Of a stretch of DNA of 64,000 nt, positions 28,179 through 36,709 are shown piece by piece; the stretch's first letter is position 1, and each line of letters starts with the position of its first letter. The notes under the pieces were generated by a model. It had not been told where the DNA came from. It saw nothing but the letters and a program-made list of their open reading frames with translations, and made no database searches. Position numbers and translations under genes: made by a program. The DNA lies in contig VMGD01000004.1 of assembly GCA_007376405.1 (NCBI GenBank), positions 8,960 to 72,959 on the forward strand, in the 5' to 3' direction. The DNA comes from Microgenomates group bacterium Gr01-1014_7 (GTDB taxonomy: Bacteria; Patescibacteriota; Microgenomatia; Daviesbacterales; UBA10151).

Positions 28179-29366
28179 ATGAATATAACAACAATCAAGC
28201 CGTTTACTACACCCTTTCTTTCCCGGTTTGTATTTACGCCCAAGCTGATCCCCTTTAGCGACAGGGAAATTACTAAAATAGATACAGAGCTTAAAGATTA
28301 TGAGCAGGTATTTTTAAACCCTGATATTGAGAGGAATTTAATCAGTAGAAATGAACTGCTTGCTTCTTTTGCCATCTCCAAAGCCGAGGATTCTACTTTA
28401 ACCCTGCAGGAAGCGCAGGATGTTTATAAGCTTGTCCTGGCTAATGAAGACTTTACAGAAAAGAAATTAACGCGTAAAGATCATGATAAACTGGAATTTT
28501 TCAATATTGCCAGAACATTCAAAAGCTTAAACCAAGAAAAGATCAGGATTAATGATCTGACCCCGGGGTTTTTACAGGAAGTGCATTTTAATTTAAGTCA
28601 GGGGTTGGATATATTTGGAAAATATTTGCCGGATTTTAATATATACAAAGCAGGTAAGTGGCGGGATAGTGATTCCATCAGGGTTGGCACATATATCCCT
28701 GCCCCTTATGAAAGTATAAAGCAGGGTGTGGAGGAGTTAATCAAATGGCTAAAAGAAAACAGGACTATAACGGGGGTTGCAATATTTCATACTGCCCTTT
28801 ATGCGCTGCACCCTTTCACTAATGGCAACAAAAGAGTTTGCCGGGTGCTAGAGCATTTATTTTTCCGTGACCTGGGGCTTAATAAAAAAAATCTCTACAG
28901 CACTTCGTATTATTATCACAAGCAAAAGGCCCGTTATTATAAATATCTGCTTTTTTCTTTGGAAAGGCAAAACTTAAATCACTTTACCGGTTTTATTCAA
29001 GAAGCATTGGTGTTATCGATGATTGATGTGGTGAAATTAAGTTTGGAAGCAAAACGTCAGGATTTTCTGAACCGGCAGGATATTGAAGGACCAGTGAAAT
29101 CAGTCCTTAAGCCTCTAATAAAAAGATCAGAAATCCAATTTAAAAACCTTTTTAAATATTCAAGGGGGAAAATTGCCAGGCAGACTTTTGTTAATTATTT
29201 ACAGAAGGCAGTTGAGGAGAAAATTTTGTTAAAACGGGAGAAGGGTAAAGCCACCTATTACAGCTTCAATGTTAAGCCTCAACCCGAGGAAGCGACACTT
29301 AAAAAATGGCTTGATTTTGCCAAAGAGAGGTTACCTTACATACCGGATGACATTAAACTAAGGTAA
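28179..29366 (+). CDS. Fic/Doc-family protein with Doc-like catalytic motif
   Basis: HPFTNGNKRVCR matches the Fic core HxFx(D/N)(G/A)N(G/K)R. The N-G-N-K-R variant is the Doc (kinase-type) form rather than the AMPylating GNGR form. Confidence 0.75.
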   Translation: MNITTIKPFTTPFLSRFVFTPKLIPFSDREITKIDTELKDYEQVFLNPDIERNLISRNELLASFAISKAEDSTLTLQEAQDVYKLVLANEDFTEKKLTRKDHDKLEFFNIARTFKSLNQEKIRINDLTPGFLQEVHFNLSQGLDIFGKYLPDFNIYKAGKWRDSDSIRVGTYIPAPYESIKQGVEELIKWLKENRTITGVAIFHTALYALHPFTNGNKRVCRVLEHLFFRDLGLNKKNLYSTSYYYHKQKARYYKYLLFSLERQNLNHFTGFIQEALVLSMIDVVKLSLEAKRQDFLNRQDIEGPVKSVLKPLIKRSEIQFKNLFKYSRGKIARQTFVNYLQKAVEEKILLKREKGKATYYSFNVKPQPEEATLKKWLDFAKERLPYIPDDIKLR

Positions 29367-29954
29367 GGCATTCCGGATATTAAATGTGGTGACATTTACC
29401 CCTGTAAAAGCTTCAATTAAGTTTAATACCAGCCAGGCAATGGCTAGAAAAAGTATTCCCAGCAGGGCCCAGGAGAAAGTGTGGTGGGCCGCCTGAACTG
29501 CTTTTGGTTCACCCCCTGATGTTAAATACTTAAATCCTGCCCAGATAAGCATTATTAGTGAGGCTATGAATGCCAAGCCCACAACCACATTAACAACATT
29601 TTTAAAAACATCCTCAATCTCTTTTAACCCCGCAGCATCATTGACAGTAGTGCCCGCAGGAGTAGCACCGGGTACACATCTGGTCATGTTTGGTGATGGA
29701 ATACCGGTTACCAGTTCATCATTTTCGACTTCGCAATGTGTGCCTGTTGGGCAGTTTTGAAGATGTTCATGTGTACAATCGCCTAAGTTACGATACCTTT
29801 GTATGCCTCCTGCACAATACTGGTCCAGCTGTCCAGAGTAGGGAGCTCTTTGTTCTTCTTCTTGGGGTGTGCAATGGCCGGCATAAACAGGAGAAGGGTA
29901 AAGTGTAAAGGGTAAAGTGAAAAGCAGGATTAGAAGTATTAGTTTTAAATACAT
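29358..29954 (-). CDS. VirB2/TrbC-like T4SS pilin-module protein with Cys-rich N-terminal ectodomain
   Basis: Signal peptide, then 8 Cys (GHCTPQ..YCAGG..GDCTHEHLQNCPTGTHCEV..RCVPG). Conserved C-terminal module LIWAGFKYLTSGGEPKAVQAAHHTFSWALLGILFLAIAWL. Confidence 0.55.
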   Translation of the reverse strand: MYLKLILLILLFTLPFTLYPSPVYAGHCTPQEEEQRAPYSGQLDQYCAGGIQRYRNLGDCTHEHLQNCPTGTHCEVENDELVTGIPSPNMTRCVPGATPAGTTVNDAAGLKEIEDVFKNVVNVVVGLAFIASLIMLIWAGFKYLTSGGEPKAVQAAHHTFSWALLGILFLAIAWLVLNLIEAFTGVNVTTFNIRNALP

Positions 29955-29995
29955 GATACTTAATACATAATACTTAATACTCTTGTTGGGGTCAA

Positions 29996-30451
29996 TTATC
30001 GTGGTGGTGTGGGTATGACGAAGTTTGCAACGTTAAAGCCCAGGAATGATCCTGCTACCTGGAATAGGGCAAAAGCAACCGACAGTATGCCCAAACCCAC
30101 TAAAGCATTAATGATTCTGCCTCTTGCTTTTCCAACAGCTTCTTTATCACCGCCCGAGAAAATCCATTCAAATGCTCCCCAGATAAGCATGAGTAAGACT
30201 ACTACTACAGCCAGTATTAAAAGTAAAGTTAATGTGTTTTGAATAAAATCTCCCAGATTGGCAAAACCAATTGGCTGGTTGTTCTCTCTTGTGGGTCTTT
30301 GGATTTGAATACTTGAATTATCTACATGACCTGGTACATGATTTGCAAATGCGGTAGTGGCACTATAAAAAGAAGTTAGTACTGAGCTTCCAAGAAGAAT
30401 TAATTTTCTCATTACTATATTATAGTATTCATAAATTAAATTGTTTGTCAA
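29996..30451 (-). CDS. VirB2/TrbC-like T4SS pilin-module protein
   Basis: C-terminal module LIWGAFEWIFSGGDKEAVGKARGRIINALVGLGILSVAFA with two hydrophobic helices. Confidence 0.55.
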   Translation of the reverse strand: MTNNLIYEYYNIVMRKLILLGSSVLTSFYSATTAFANHVPGHVDNSSIQIQRPTRENNQPIGFANLGDFIQNTLTLLLILAVVVVLLMLIWGAFEWIFSGGDKEAVGKARGRIINALVGLGILSVAFALFQVAGSFLGFNVANFVIPTPPR

Positions 30452-30466
30452 GCCAGCAGTTTGGCT

Positions 30467-30823
30467 TCACCTTTGACCTGCAAAGAAAGTAAATCCGGTA
30501 AATGTTCCCAAAATTTGAATAATTGCAAATGCCACTGCAAAAAGCATAATGCCAACAAAAGCATTGATCAGTCTGCTTTTGGCATGTTCCAGCTTTTCCT
30601 TATCCCCTCCGGATGTCAGCCAGTCAAAAGCTCCCCAAAGTATCATAAAGATTAAAACAATAGTTGCTACTGAGTAAATCAGAGTAACCAGATTGCTTAA
30701 AACCATGCTGATGGCAGAAGCGCCGCTGGCATCGGTTTCAATAAACCTTCTGAAAACATGCGGTACTCCTATTGTGCCGAATGCAGCTTCAATTTCATGG
30801 TTTGATGCCAAAAGTGTTGACAT
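30467..30823 (-). CDS. VirB2/TrbC-like T4SS pilin-module protein
   Basis: ILWGAFDWLTSGGDKEKLEHAKSRLINAFVGIMLFAVAFA. Confidence 0.55.
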   Translation of the reverse strand: MSTLLASNHEIEAAFGTIGVPHVFRRFIETDASGASAISMVLSNLVTLIYSVATIVLIFMILWGAFDWLTSGGDKEKLEHAKSRLINAFVGIMLFAVAFAIIQILGTFTGFTFFAGQR

Positions 30824-30826
30824 AAT

Positions 30827-31162
30827 TTAATTCCCTCTAAATATATTAAATCCTCCTCTATATCTATTAAATTCAAACAATCCCCCCACTAAAAACTGCA
30901 AAATCAAAAATGCGAACATCAGTATTATAAACCCTACTATGGCATGAGAAATCATCTGTTTTGCCGCAGATACTTCTTCTTTATTTTCTCCTGCCTGAAG
31001 ATACTTAAAAGCTCCCCAGAGAAAGTATAGTATCACCAAAAAAGCAGCAATGGAGAATCCCGGCTCAACCAGTTGGGTTATAGCTGATCCCAAATTCTCA
31101 AACCGTCCTCCCGCAAATCCAAATTCATTGCCTATATTTACTGCAGCATAAGCAGTTTTCAA
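30827..31162 (-). CDS. VirB2/TrbC-like T4SS pilin-module protein
   Basis: FLWGAFKYLQAGENKEEVSAAKQMISHAIVGFIILMFAFL. Confidence 0.55.
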   Translation of the reverse strand: MKTAYAAVNIGNEFGFAGGRFENLGSAITQLVEPGFSIAAFLVILYFLWGAFKYLQAGENKEEVSAAKQMISHAIVGFIILMFAFLILQFLVGGLFEFNRYRGGFNIFRGN

Positions 31163-31494
31163 AATGGTACTCCTCCTTTTGTTGGCGGAAATATTTCACC
31201 TGCAAATGTTGTTATAAAAAAGGCCAGTAAAATAACTACCAGGCCAATTAAAGCATAAGCAATCCGGGCCCGGGCTTTTGCCAGATTTTCTTTATTCCCC
31301 TGGGCCATAATGTAGGCAAATGCCCCCCAGACTAAATATATAAAAGCCAAAAAGGCTGCAATATAGAAGGCAATGGTTAGAAGGGGGGAAATAATGGAGC
31401 CCAGATTGGTAAACTCACCTTTTAGGCTGTCCGGTCCTGTAATGGTATTTCCTCCTGGCAATTTTAAAGCTAATTTCATAGATTTAAGATTCAC
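31159..31494 (-). CDS. VirB2/TrbC-like T4SS pilin-module protein
   Basis: LVWGAFAYIMAQGNKENLAKARARIAYALIGLVVILLAFF. The annotated GTG start lies inside direct repeat R1; the true start may be the internal MKLALKLPGG. Confidence 0.5.
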   Translation of the reverse strand: MNLKSMKLALKLPGGNTITGPDSLKGEFTNLGSIISPLLTIAFYIAAFLAFIYLVWGAFAYIMAQGNKENLAKARARIAYALIGLVVILLAFFITTFAGEIFPPTKGGVPF

Positions 31495-31513
31495 GATTTA
31501 TGATTTACGAATG
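31478..31513. repeat. direct repeat R1 flanking the four-helix-bundle gene
   Basis: ATAGATTTAAGATTCACGATTTA[TGATTTA]CGAAT. It pairs with R2 at 31882-31910. Confidence 0.6.
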
Positions 31514-31898
31514 TTTTTGTGCTTCTGATAAATCCCTGCAAAATTTGATGAGCTAGATTTGCCTGATCTGCTAAAGAATTAAAATCCTTAACATCAAGAT
31601 ATCCTACATCTTTTGCAATAAGTATAAAGTTTTTTAATTCAGTTAATGATCCTTGGGATAAGTAATAGAATTGCAATTTTTCCTTATAAGAATGTCTACC
31701 AAATCCTTCAGCAATATTAGCCGTCACAGATGATGCTGCTCTTCTCATCTGGTCGACCAAAGAATAAGTTTCCTCTTTAGGAAATGTTTTGGTTATTTTG
31801 TAAACCATAACTACTAGAATATGCCCTTCCTGCCAAACTTTCAAATCCGTAAATGTCTGTATCTTTCCATTCTTCATAAAAATAGATTTAAGATTCAT
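31491..31898 (-). CDS. four-helix-bundle protein (23S rRNA intervening-sequence protein family)
   Basis: ..DLKVWQEGH..VYKITKTFPKEETYSLVDQMRRAASSVTANIAEGFGRHSYKEKLQFYYLSQGSLTELKNFILIAKDVGYL.. is the canonical pattern for this family. Confidence 0.7.
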   Translation of the reverse strand: MNLKSIFMKNGKIQTFTDLKVWQEGHILVVMVYKITKTFPKEETYSLVDQMRRAASSVTANIAEGFGRHSYKEKLQFYYLSQGSLTELKNFILIAKDVGYLDVKDFNSLADQANLAHQILQGFIRSTKTFVNHKS

Positions 31899-31910
31899 GA
31901 TTTACGAATT
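31882..31910. repeat. direct repeat R2 flanking the four-helix-bundle gene
   Basis: ATAGATTTAAGATTCATGATTTACGAAT. It contains the gene's ATG start. Confidence 0.6.
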
Positions 31911-31947
31911 ATTCTTAAATCTCTATTCTTAAATCTTAAATCACTCT

Positions 31948-33432
31948 TTACCGGGCGAAGCCTGGTAACCTTAAGATATCAAATCCAATGATTTGCATCA
32001 GCAGAACGGCAAAAATAACCATTAGTAGTCCTATTATTGCATTGGTAAACCTGTCTTTTCCTGTTGCCAAAGTTTCCGGATTTCCTGCAGAAGTTAACAT
32101 CTGGAATGCTCCCAAAAGCATCATCAAAAATGCAAACCCTCCCCCAATGGCAATGATAAATGTCAAAAAGTCTTTGGTAAATCCCACTGGATCAGTATGC
32201 ACGCACCCAATGGCTGTTTTAAATCCTTTCCCCCCGTCACAGGGAATCCCCCCCGCCGCAGCCGGACTCCCGGCAGGAGCACCCCGTCCTCCTGGGCCGG
32301 TGGAAGGACTAGGCGCTGGAGAAACAACAGTATCAGGAGGGGAGGCTGTACAACTTCCAGGTTGGCTGGGATCATTACTTATGGTAAACCCTCCTTGAGC
32401 TATTACATTACCCGAATTGCATGCGGTTGAACTTTCCATTACGCTCATTGTATGAGGCCCCGTATCATAAGTTCCTAAATTAAATTCAATGTTTCCACCT
32501 GACGATGCATTGCATGTTGTTCCACTGGTGGGGTTACGGCCGTCTACAGAAACTTTATATATGCCATCTGGTACCCCGGGAATTGTGATTTGAACATTAT
32601 CACCAGAGGTAAACCGGGGATTGGTACAGGTAATTGAACTCGTTAGTACGGAACTGACGACAAAGGAAGCAGTTGCTAGATCAATCTCTTGCCCGGCTCT
32701 TTCTCCTGTTATCTTGATATTATAATTTCCGGCCTGGAAGCTCTGGCAAGTGCTTGCCGGTGTACGATGGTAAACATAAATATCCCCTATAGAACATATA
32801 GCCATTGATAAATTACCGCTTGTGTCAGGGTTAATAGTTCCTGAAATTTGTTGCCATTGCCCGCTATCTTTTTGAATATAATATCTGTATGTCATATTGC
32901 TGCGCAGATTGCTCAAAATGGCTTGAATATTTGTAGCACTGATTGTTAATGTGGTAGTTGAGAGAGAAAGCCTTACTCCGGAGATAACTGTAAAAGGACC
33001 ACTTGTTATGACTGGGTTAGGGTTAGGTTCGCTCACGGAAGCTAGTCTTATTGTTACTGTATAATTTGTTAAATCAAAAAATCTGCATGCACTACTTGCA
33101 TCTGCATAGACAATTCTTCCTGGATTGAAAACTGGACAGAATTCGAAAGAGAGACTGGTGCCTGTAGGTTGACGGTACGCATGGGTGATCCGATCCATTG
33201 CAGTACCGCCTCGATAGATAGGTATTTCTGTTGATTCATTACCCTTTTTTACATAAAGAATGTAACCTTGTCCTCCTCTTAAATTACTAACGGTAATGTG
33301 GGCATTATCTTGGACAGATACAGGGTTAGGTGATACTGATACTGATATTGATTGGGCTTGAACTATGGAAACATTCTGAAAACAGAGAAGTAAAAGGGAT
33401 ATAAGTATTCTTATAAAAACAATTTTCCCCAT
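31948..33432 (-). CDS. large secreted protein: beta-rich Ser/Thr-rich ectodomain fused to a C-terminal VirB2/TrbC-like pilin module
   Basis: Signal peptide, then ~400 aa rich in T/S/N/G with Ig-like segments, then a Gly/Pro linker. The C-terminus carries MLLGAFQMLTSAGNPETLATGKDRFTNAIIGLLMVIFAVL, the module shared with the five small paralogs. Confidence 0.55.
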   Translation of the reverse strand: MGKIVFIRILISLLLLCFQNVSIVQAQSISVSVSPNPVSVQDNAHITVSNLRGGQGYILYVKKGNESTEIPIYRGGTAMDRITHAYRQPTGTSLSFEFCPVFNPGRIVYADASSACRFFDLTNYTVTIRLASVSEPNPNPVITSGPFTVISGVRLSLSTTTLTISATNIQAILSNLRSNMTYRYYIQKDSGQWQQISGTINPDTSGNLSMAICSIGDIYVYHRTPASTCQSFQAGNYNIKITGERAGQEIDLATASFVVSSVLTSSITCTNPRFTSGDNVQITIPGVPDGIYKVSVDGRNPTSGTTCNASSGGNIEFNLGTYDTGPHTMSVMESSTACNSGNVIAQGGFTISNDPSQPGSCTASPPDTVVSPAPSPSTGPGGRGAPAGSPAAAGGIPCDGGKGFKTAIGCVHTDPVGFTKDFLTFIIAIGGGFAFLMMLLGAFQMLTSAGNPETLATGKDRFTNAIIGLLMVIFAVLLMQIIGFDILRLPGFAR

Positions 33433-33507
33433 AACTTCACCTTAGCACAAACCTTATATCTTGACAATTAAGCGTAATCGTTTTATACTTGTATATACAA
33501 TATATAT

Positions 33508-33816
33508 ATGCCCATAATTAAGGGAAGGAAGGTTGTTGAGTTTGATTGGGATGAGGCAAACATTGCCCATATAGCAAAGCATAATGTATTGCCGGAAGAG
33601 GCAGAAGAGGTATTTTTTGATGAAAATAATGTGCAGGATGAGGATGTAGCACATTCAACAGCTGAAAAGCGTCTTTTAATAATTGGACAAACAGGAAAGG
33701 GAAGATTACTTTATCAAATATTTACCATAAGAGGAAAGAAAATCAGAGTTATTTCCTCTCGCGATATTAACAAAAAGGAGGTCCGGTTATATGAAAAAAA
33801 AATTAGTCGTTCCTAA
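33508..33816 (+). CDS. brnT: BrnT-family toxin (DUF497 ribonuclease)
   Basis: ..VVEFDWDEANIAHIAKHNVLPEEAEEVFFDE.. Confidence 0.7.
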   Translation: MPIIKGRKVVEFDWDEANIAHIAKHNVLPEEAEEVFFDENNVQDEDVAHSTAEKRLLIIGQTGKGRLLYQIFTIRGKKIRVISSRDINKKEVRLYEKKISRS

Positions 33817-34054
33817 ATTCAAAAGTGAAGCAGAAGAGGCCGAGTTTTGGGCCAAACTTAACTTAATGGAATATTTTGAACCTTCTGATTTTAAAAGAGG
33901 AATAATATTCCCTAATTTAAAACGCAGCAAGCGCCTCATTTCTATTAGACTCCCTGAAGAACTGATTGGTAAGGTAAAGAAAAAGGCATCTAATCTGGAT
34001 ATACCATACCAAAGCCTGATCCGTCAGTATATTCAGCAGGGAGTAGCCCAATAA
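33791..34054 (+). CDS. brnA: BrnA-family antitoxin
   Basis: ..EAEEAEFWAK..ISIRLPEELIGKVKKKASNLDIPYQSLIRQYI.. Overlaps brnT by 26 nt. Confidence 0.65.
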   Translation: MKKKLVVPKFKSEAEEAEFWAKLNLMEYFEPSDFKRGIIFPNLKRSKRLISIRLPEELIGKVKKKASNLDIPYQSLIRQYIQQGVAQ

Positions 34055-34093
34055 GAAAATATTTTCCCATCCCCTCCACCTTAGCACATTCTA

Positions 34094-34129
34094 TAGATTA
34101 GGGTCTAGGGTTTAGCCACTGGGGTATAG
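34094..34129. repeat. second copy of the GGGTNTAGGGTTTAG inverted-repeat arm family
   Basis: TAGATTAGGGTCTAGGGTTTAGCCACTGGGGTATAG resembles 7114-7148. The complementary arm ACCCTATACCCTATACCCTATACCCTATACCCTG lies at 34261-34293, in-frame inside the next gene's signal peptide. Confidence 0.5.
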
Positions 34130-34221
34130 TAAAATAAACACATGCTCACTTCTTACCGTCAACTGACTGTTTGGCAAAAGGCATTTGAATTATCAAAAGT
34201 GAGTAGTTTTTCTTATCCTAA

Positions 34222-35937
34222 ATGAAAAAAATATTGTTTTTTATATTGTTTTTGTATCTTACCCTATACCCTATACCCTATACCCTATACCCTGTTTCTG
34301 CTGATGAAATAGAGGATTTGCAAAAGCAGATTGATGAGCTAAACCGTGCCCGGGAGCTTTCCGTCAAAGCAACCAAACCTTTGGAAGGCCAATTTGATTC
34401 CTTAAAACGCCAGCTTGCACAAATTCAGGCCAATTTGGATAATCTATCTGCCAATATTGGTAAAAAACAAAAAGAGCTAGATATAAGAGAAGATAAGATT
34501 GCCCTGCAGCAGGCTTTACTGGAAAAAAGAGTAAAAGCTTACTACATCCGGTCATACCTGGCAGATCCACTTTTGGTTATTCTTTCCTCAATTCACTCGG
34601 GGGATTTATTCAGAGAGCTTGCCCTTCGTCAATCCGTGGCAAGAGAAGACCGGAAAATAATTACTTCTATAACGGCAGAAGTGGTTGATTTACTCACTCA
34701 AAAAACCAAGCTGGAAAAAGACAAAGCTAAGCTCGCGATCTTTCAAGAAGAAGTGGATAAAAATGCCAAATTTTTGGGAGGGGAAATTAAAAAAGCCAAA
34801 GATTATCAAACCCAACTTAGTAGTCAAATTGCTCAGCTTTCTGCCAGACAGCAGCAAATTATTGCCCAAAGGCAAGCCAGTTTGAATTTGCCCACTTCTT
34901 TGGGAGCAGGGCCGCTTTTTTGCACAGATGATAGAAAATTAGACCCGGGTTTTAGGCCTGGCTTTGCCTTTTTTACTTTTGGTATTCCGCACCGTGTGGG
35001 CATGAACCAGTATGGAGCTTATGGCAGGTCACAGGCAGGGCAAAGTCATGAGGATATATTGCGGGCCTATTTTCAGGATTTTTCTTTTGAACAGCGGCCA
35101 AATATTAATATTTCCGTGCAGGGTTATGGTTCAATGCCGCTGGAAACTTATCTTTTGGGAATTTATGAAATGCCTGATTCCTGGCCGCCGGAGGCCTTAA
35201 AAGCACAAGCCATATCTGCCCGCTCTTATGCTCTTGCCTTTACTAATAATGGGGCCGGTGAAATTTGCACCAGCCAACTTTGTCAAGTCTATAAAGGAGG
35301 TAATAAAGGCGGCAATTGGGAGCAGGCAATTAGGGCAACTGAGGGGAAAGTAATGGTTTCGGGAGGGGTGGTTGTTAAAGCCTGGTATTCTTCAACCGAC
35401 GGAGGCTATACTTTCACATCAGGAGATGTTTTTGGCGGCAACCGCTCCTTTACTAAAAGATTGCGGGATACTAATGGGGACATAGGTAATTTTTCTGACC
35501 TGTTCTCCAAAGCTTATGACAGGGATTCTCCCTGTTTTTATGCGGCCCAGGGGTTTAGGGCTGAATTTGCCAAATCAGCCTGGTTAAAATCGGAAGAGGT
35601 GGCAGACATTGCCAATGTGATTATGCTTTCCAAGAAAGACTCGGGAGTGGCGTCCCATATTTACCAGACAGACAAACCCAATCCTGAAGGAGGGGAGACA
35701 TGGGATAAAGATAAAGTTAAACAGGAGTTGCGAGGCAGAGGAGGGAGCCCTTTCAGCAGTGTTTCTTCGGTTTCTGTGTCCGGCGATTTTTCCTCAGGTA
35801 TGGTTTCGTCGGTGACAGTTTCAGGAGACAAGGGTTCGGAAACATTCAATGCCGGCGAATTTAAAAACTTTTTTAATATTCGTGCCCCGGCCAATATACA
35901 AATTGTCGGACCGCTTTTTAATGTTGAGCAAAAGTAG
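34222..35937 (+). CDS. SpoIID/LytB-domain cell-wall lytic protein with N-terminal signal peptide and long coiled coil
   Basis: ..PHRVGMNQYGAYGRSQAGQSHEDILRAYF.. and ..EALKAQAISARSYALAF.. match the SpoIID/LytB domain. The N-terminal ~200 aa are a heptad-rich coiled coil. Confidence 0.7.
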   Translation: MKKILFFILFLYLTLYPIPYTLYPVSADEIEDLQKQIDELNRARELSVKATKPLEGQFDSLKRQLAQIQANLDNLSANIGKKQKELDIREDKIALQQALLEKRVKAYYIRSYLADPLLVILSSIHSGDLFRELALRQSVAREDRKIITSITAEVVDLLTQKTKLEKDKAKLAIFQEEVDKNAKFLGGEIKKAKDYQTQLSSQIAQLSARQQQIIAQRQASLNLPTSLGAGPLFCTDDRKLDPGFRPGFAFFTFGIPHRVGMNQYGAYGRSQAGQSHEDILRAYFQDFSFEQRPNINISVQGYGSMPLETYLLGIYEMPDSWPPEALKAQAISARSYALAFTNNGAGEICTSQLCQVYKGGNKGGNWEQAIRATEGKVMVSGGVVVKAWYSSTDGGYTFTSGDVFGGNRSFTKRLRDTNGDIGNFSDLFSKAYDRDSPCFYAAQGFRAEFAKSAWLKSEEVADIANVIMLSKKDSGVASHIYQTDKPNPEGGETWDKDKVKQELRGRGGSPFSSVSSVSVSGDFSSGMVSSVTVSGDKGSETFNAGEFKNFFNIRAPANIQIVGPLFNVEQK

Positions 35938-35949
35938 TATACTTTTGCC

Positions 35950-36495
35950 ATGTTCCCGGCATATATTGAAAATCCTGTCAATTACCGTTTTGAAGGTCAG
36001 GACGCAGGTGAAAAAATACTGCTTCTTTTGAGAGCTCACCCGATCACCAATTTAAAATGGATTATTCCTGCAATTTTACTCATTCTTGTGCCGTTTTTTA
36101 TACCCGCGACATTTTCCCTTGTTAACTTTGATTTGCCGGAAATCCCTCAGGCTTTTGCAATAGTATTTTTAATAATTAATTACCTTTTGGTTTTAACAAC
36201 TGTCTTTGAAGGCTTTTTGTTTTGGTATTTTAATGTCTATATAGTAACGGATAAAAACATTATTGATGTTGATTTTCATTCAATACTTTTTAAAAATATA
36301 GATGTGGCGCCGCTCCGCAACATTGAAGATACCTCATCCTCTATGGGTGGAATTCTAAATTCAATATTTCACTTCGGTCATGTGTTCATCCAGACAGCAG
36401 GCACTTCAAGGAATATAGATTTTATAGATGTGCCAAAGCCTCACGCTGTTGCTGATTTTATTCTGGATGAGGCGCACAAACTATATGGAAGTTAA
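35950..36495 (+). CDS. membrane protein with bacterial PH-like (bPH_2/YdbT-like) domain
   Basis: TM hairpin followed by ..YIVTDKNIIDVD.. Confidence 0.4.
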   Translation: MFPAYIENPVNYRFEGQDAGEKILLLLRAHPITNLKWIIPAILLILVPFFIPATFSLVNFDLPEIPQAFAIVFLIINYLLVLTTVFEGFLFWYFNVYIVTDKNIIDVDFHSILFKNIDVAPLRNIEDTSSSMGGILNSIFHFGHVFIQTAGTSRNIDFIDVPKPHAVADFILDEAHKLYGS

Positions 36496-36709
36496 TTTTT
36501 TCGCATCAGAAGCAATTCTTGTTTTTTTAAAAGTAGCAATTTTGATAATTTTAGCATTTTACGCTATATTTGCATTACTTATTGTCAGACAGGTGGATTT
36601 AATGAGTAAAACTTTGATTACTACGGTTTCACCAATATTGAAGGGTTTTTCTATTATTCACGCAGGGGTGGCCATAGGACTGATAGTGTTGGCAGCAGGA
36701 ATACTATGA
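36485..36709 (+). CDS. small two-TM membrane protein (hypothetical)
   Basis: MEVNFFASEAILVFLKVAILIILAFYAIFALLIV.. The start was chosen at an internal ATG of ORF 36428..36709. Confidence 0.3.
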   Translation: MEVNFFASEAILVFLKVAILIILAFYAIFALLIVRQVDLMSKTLITTVSPILKGFSIIHAGVAIGLIVLAAGIL

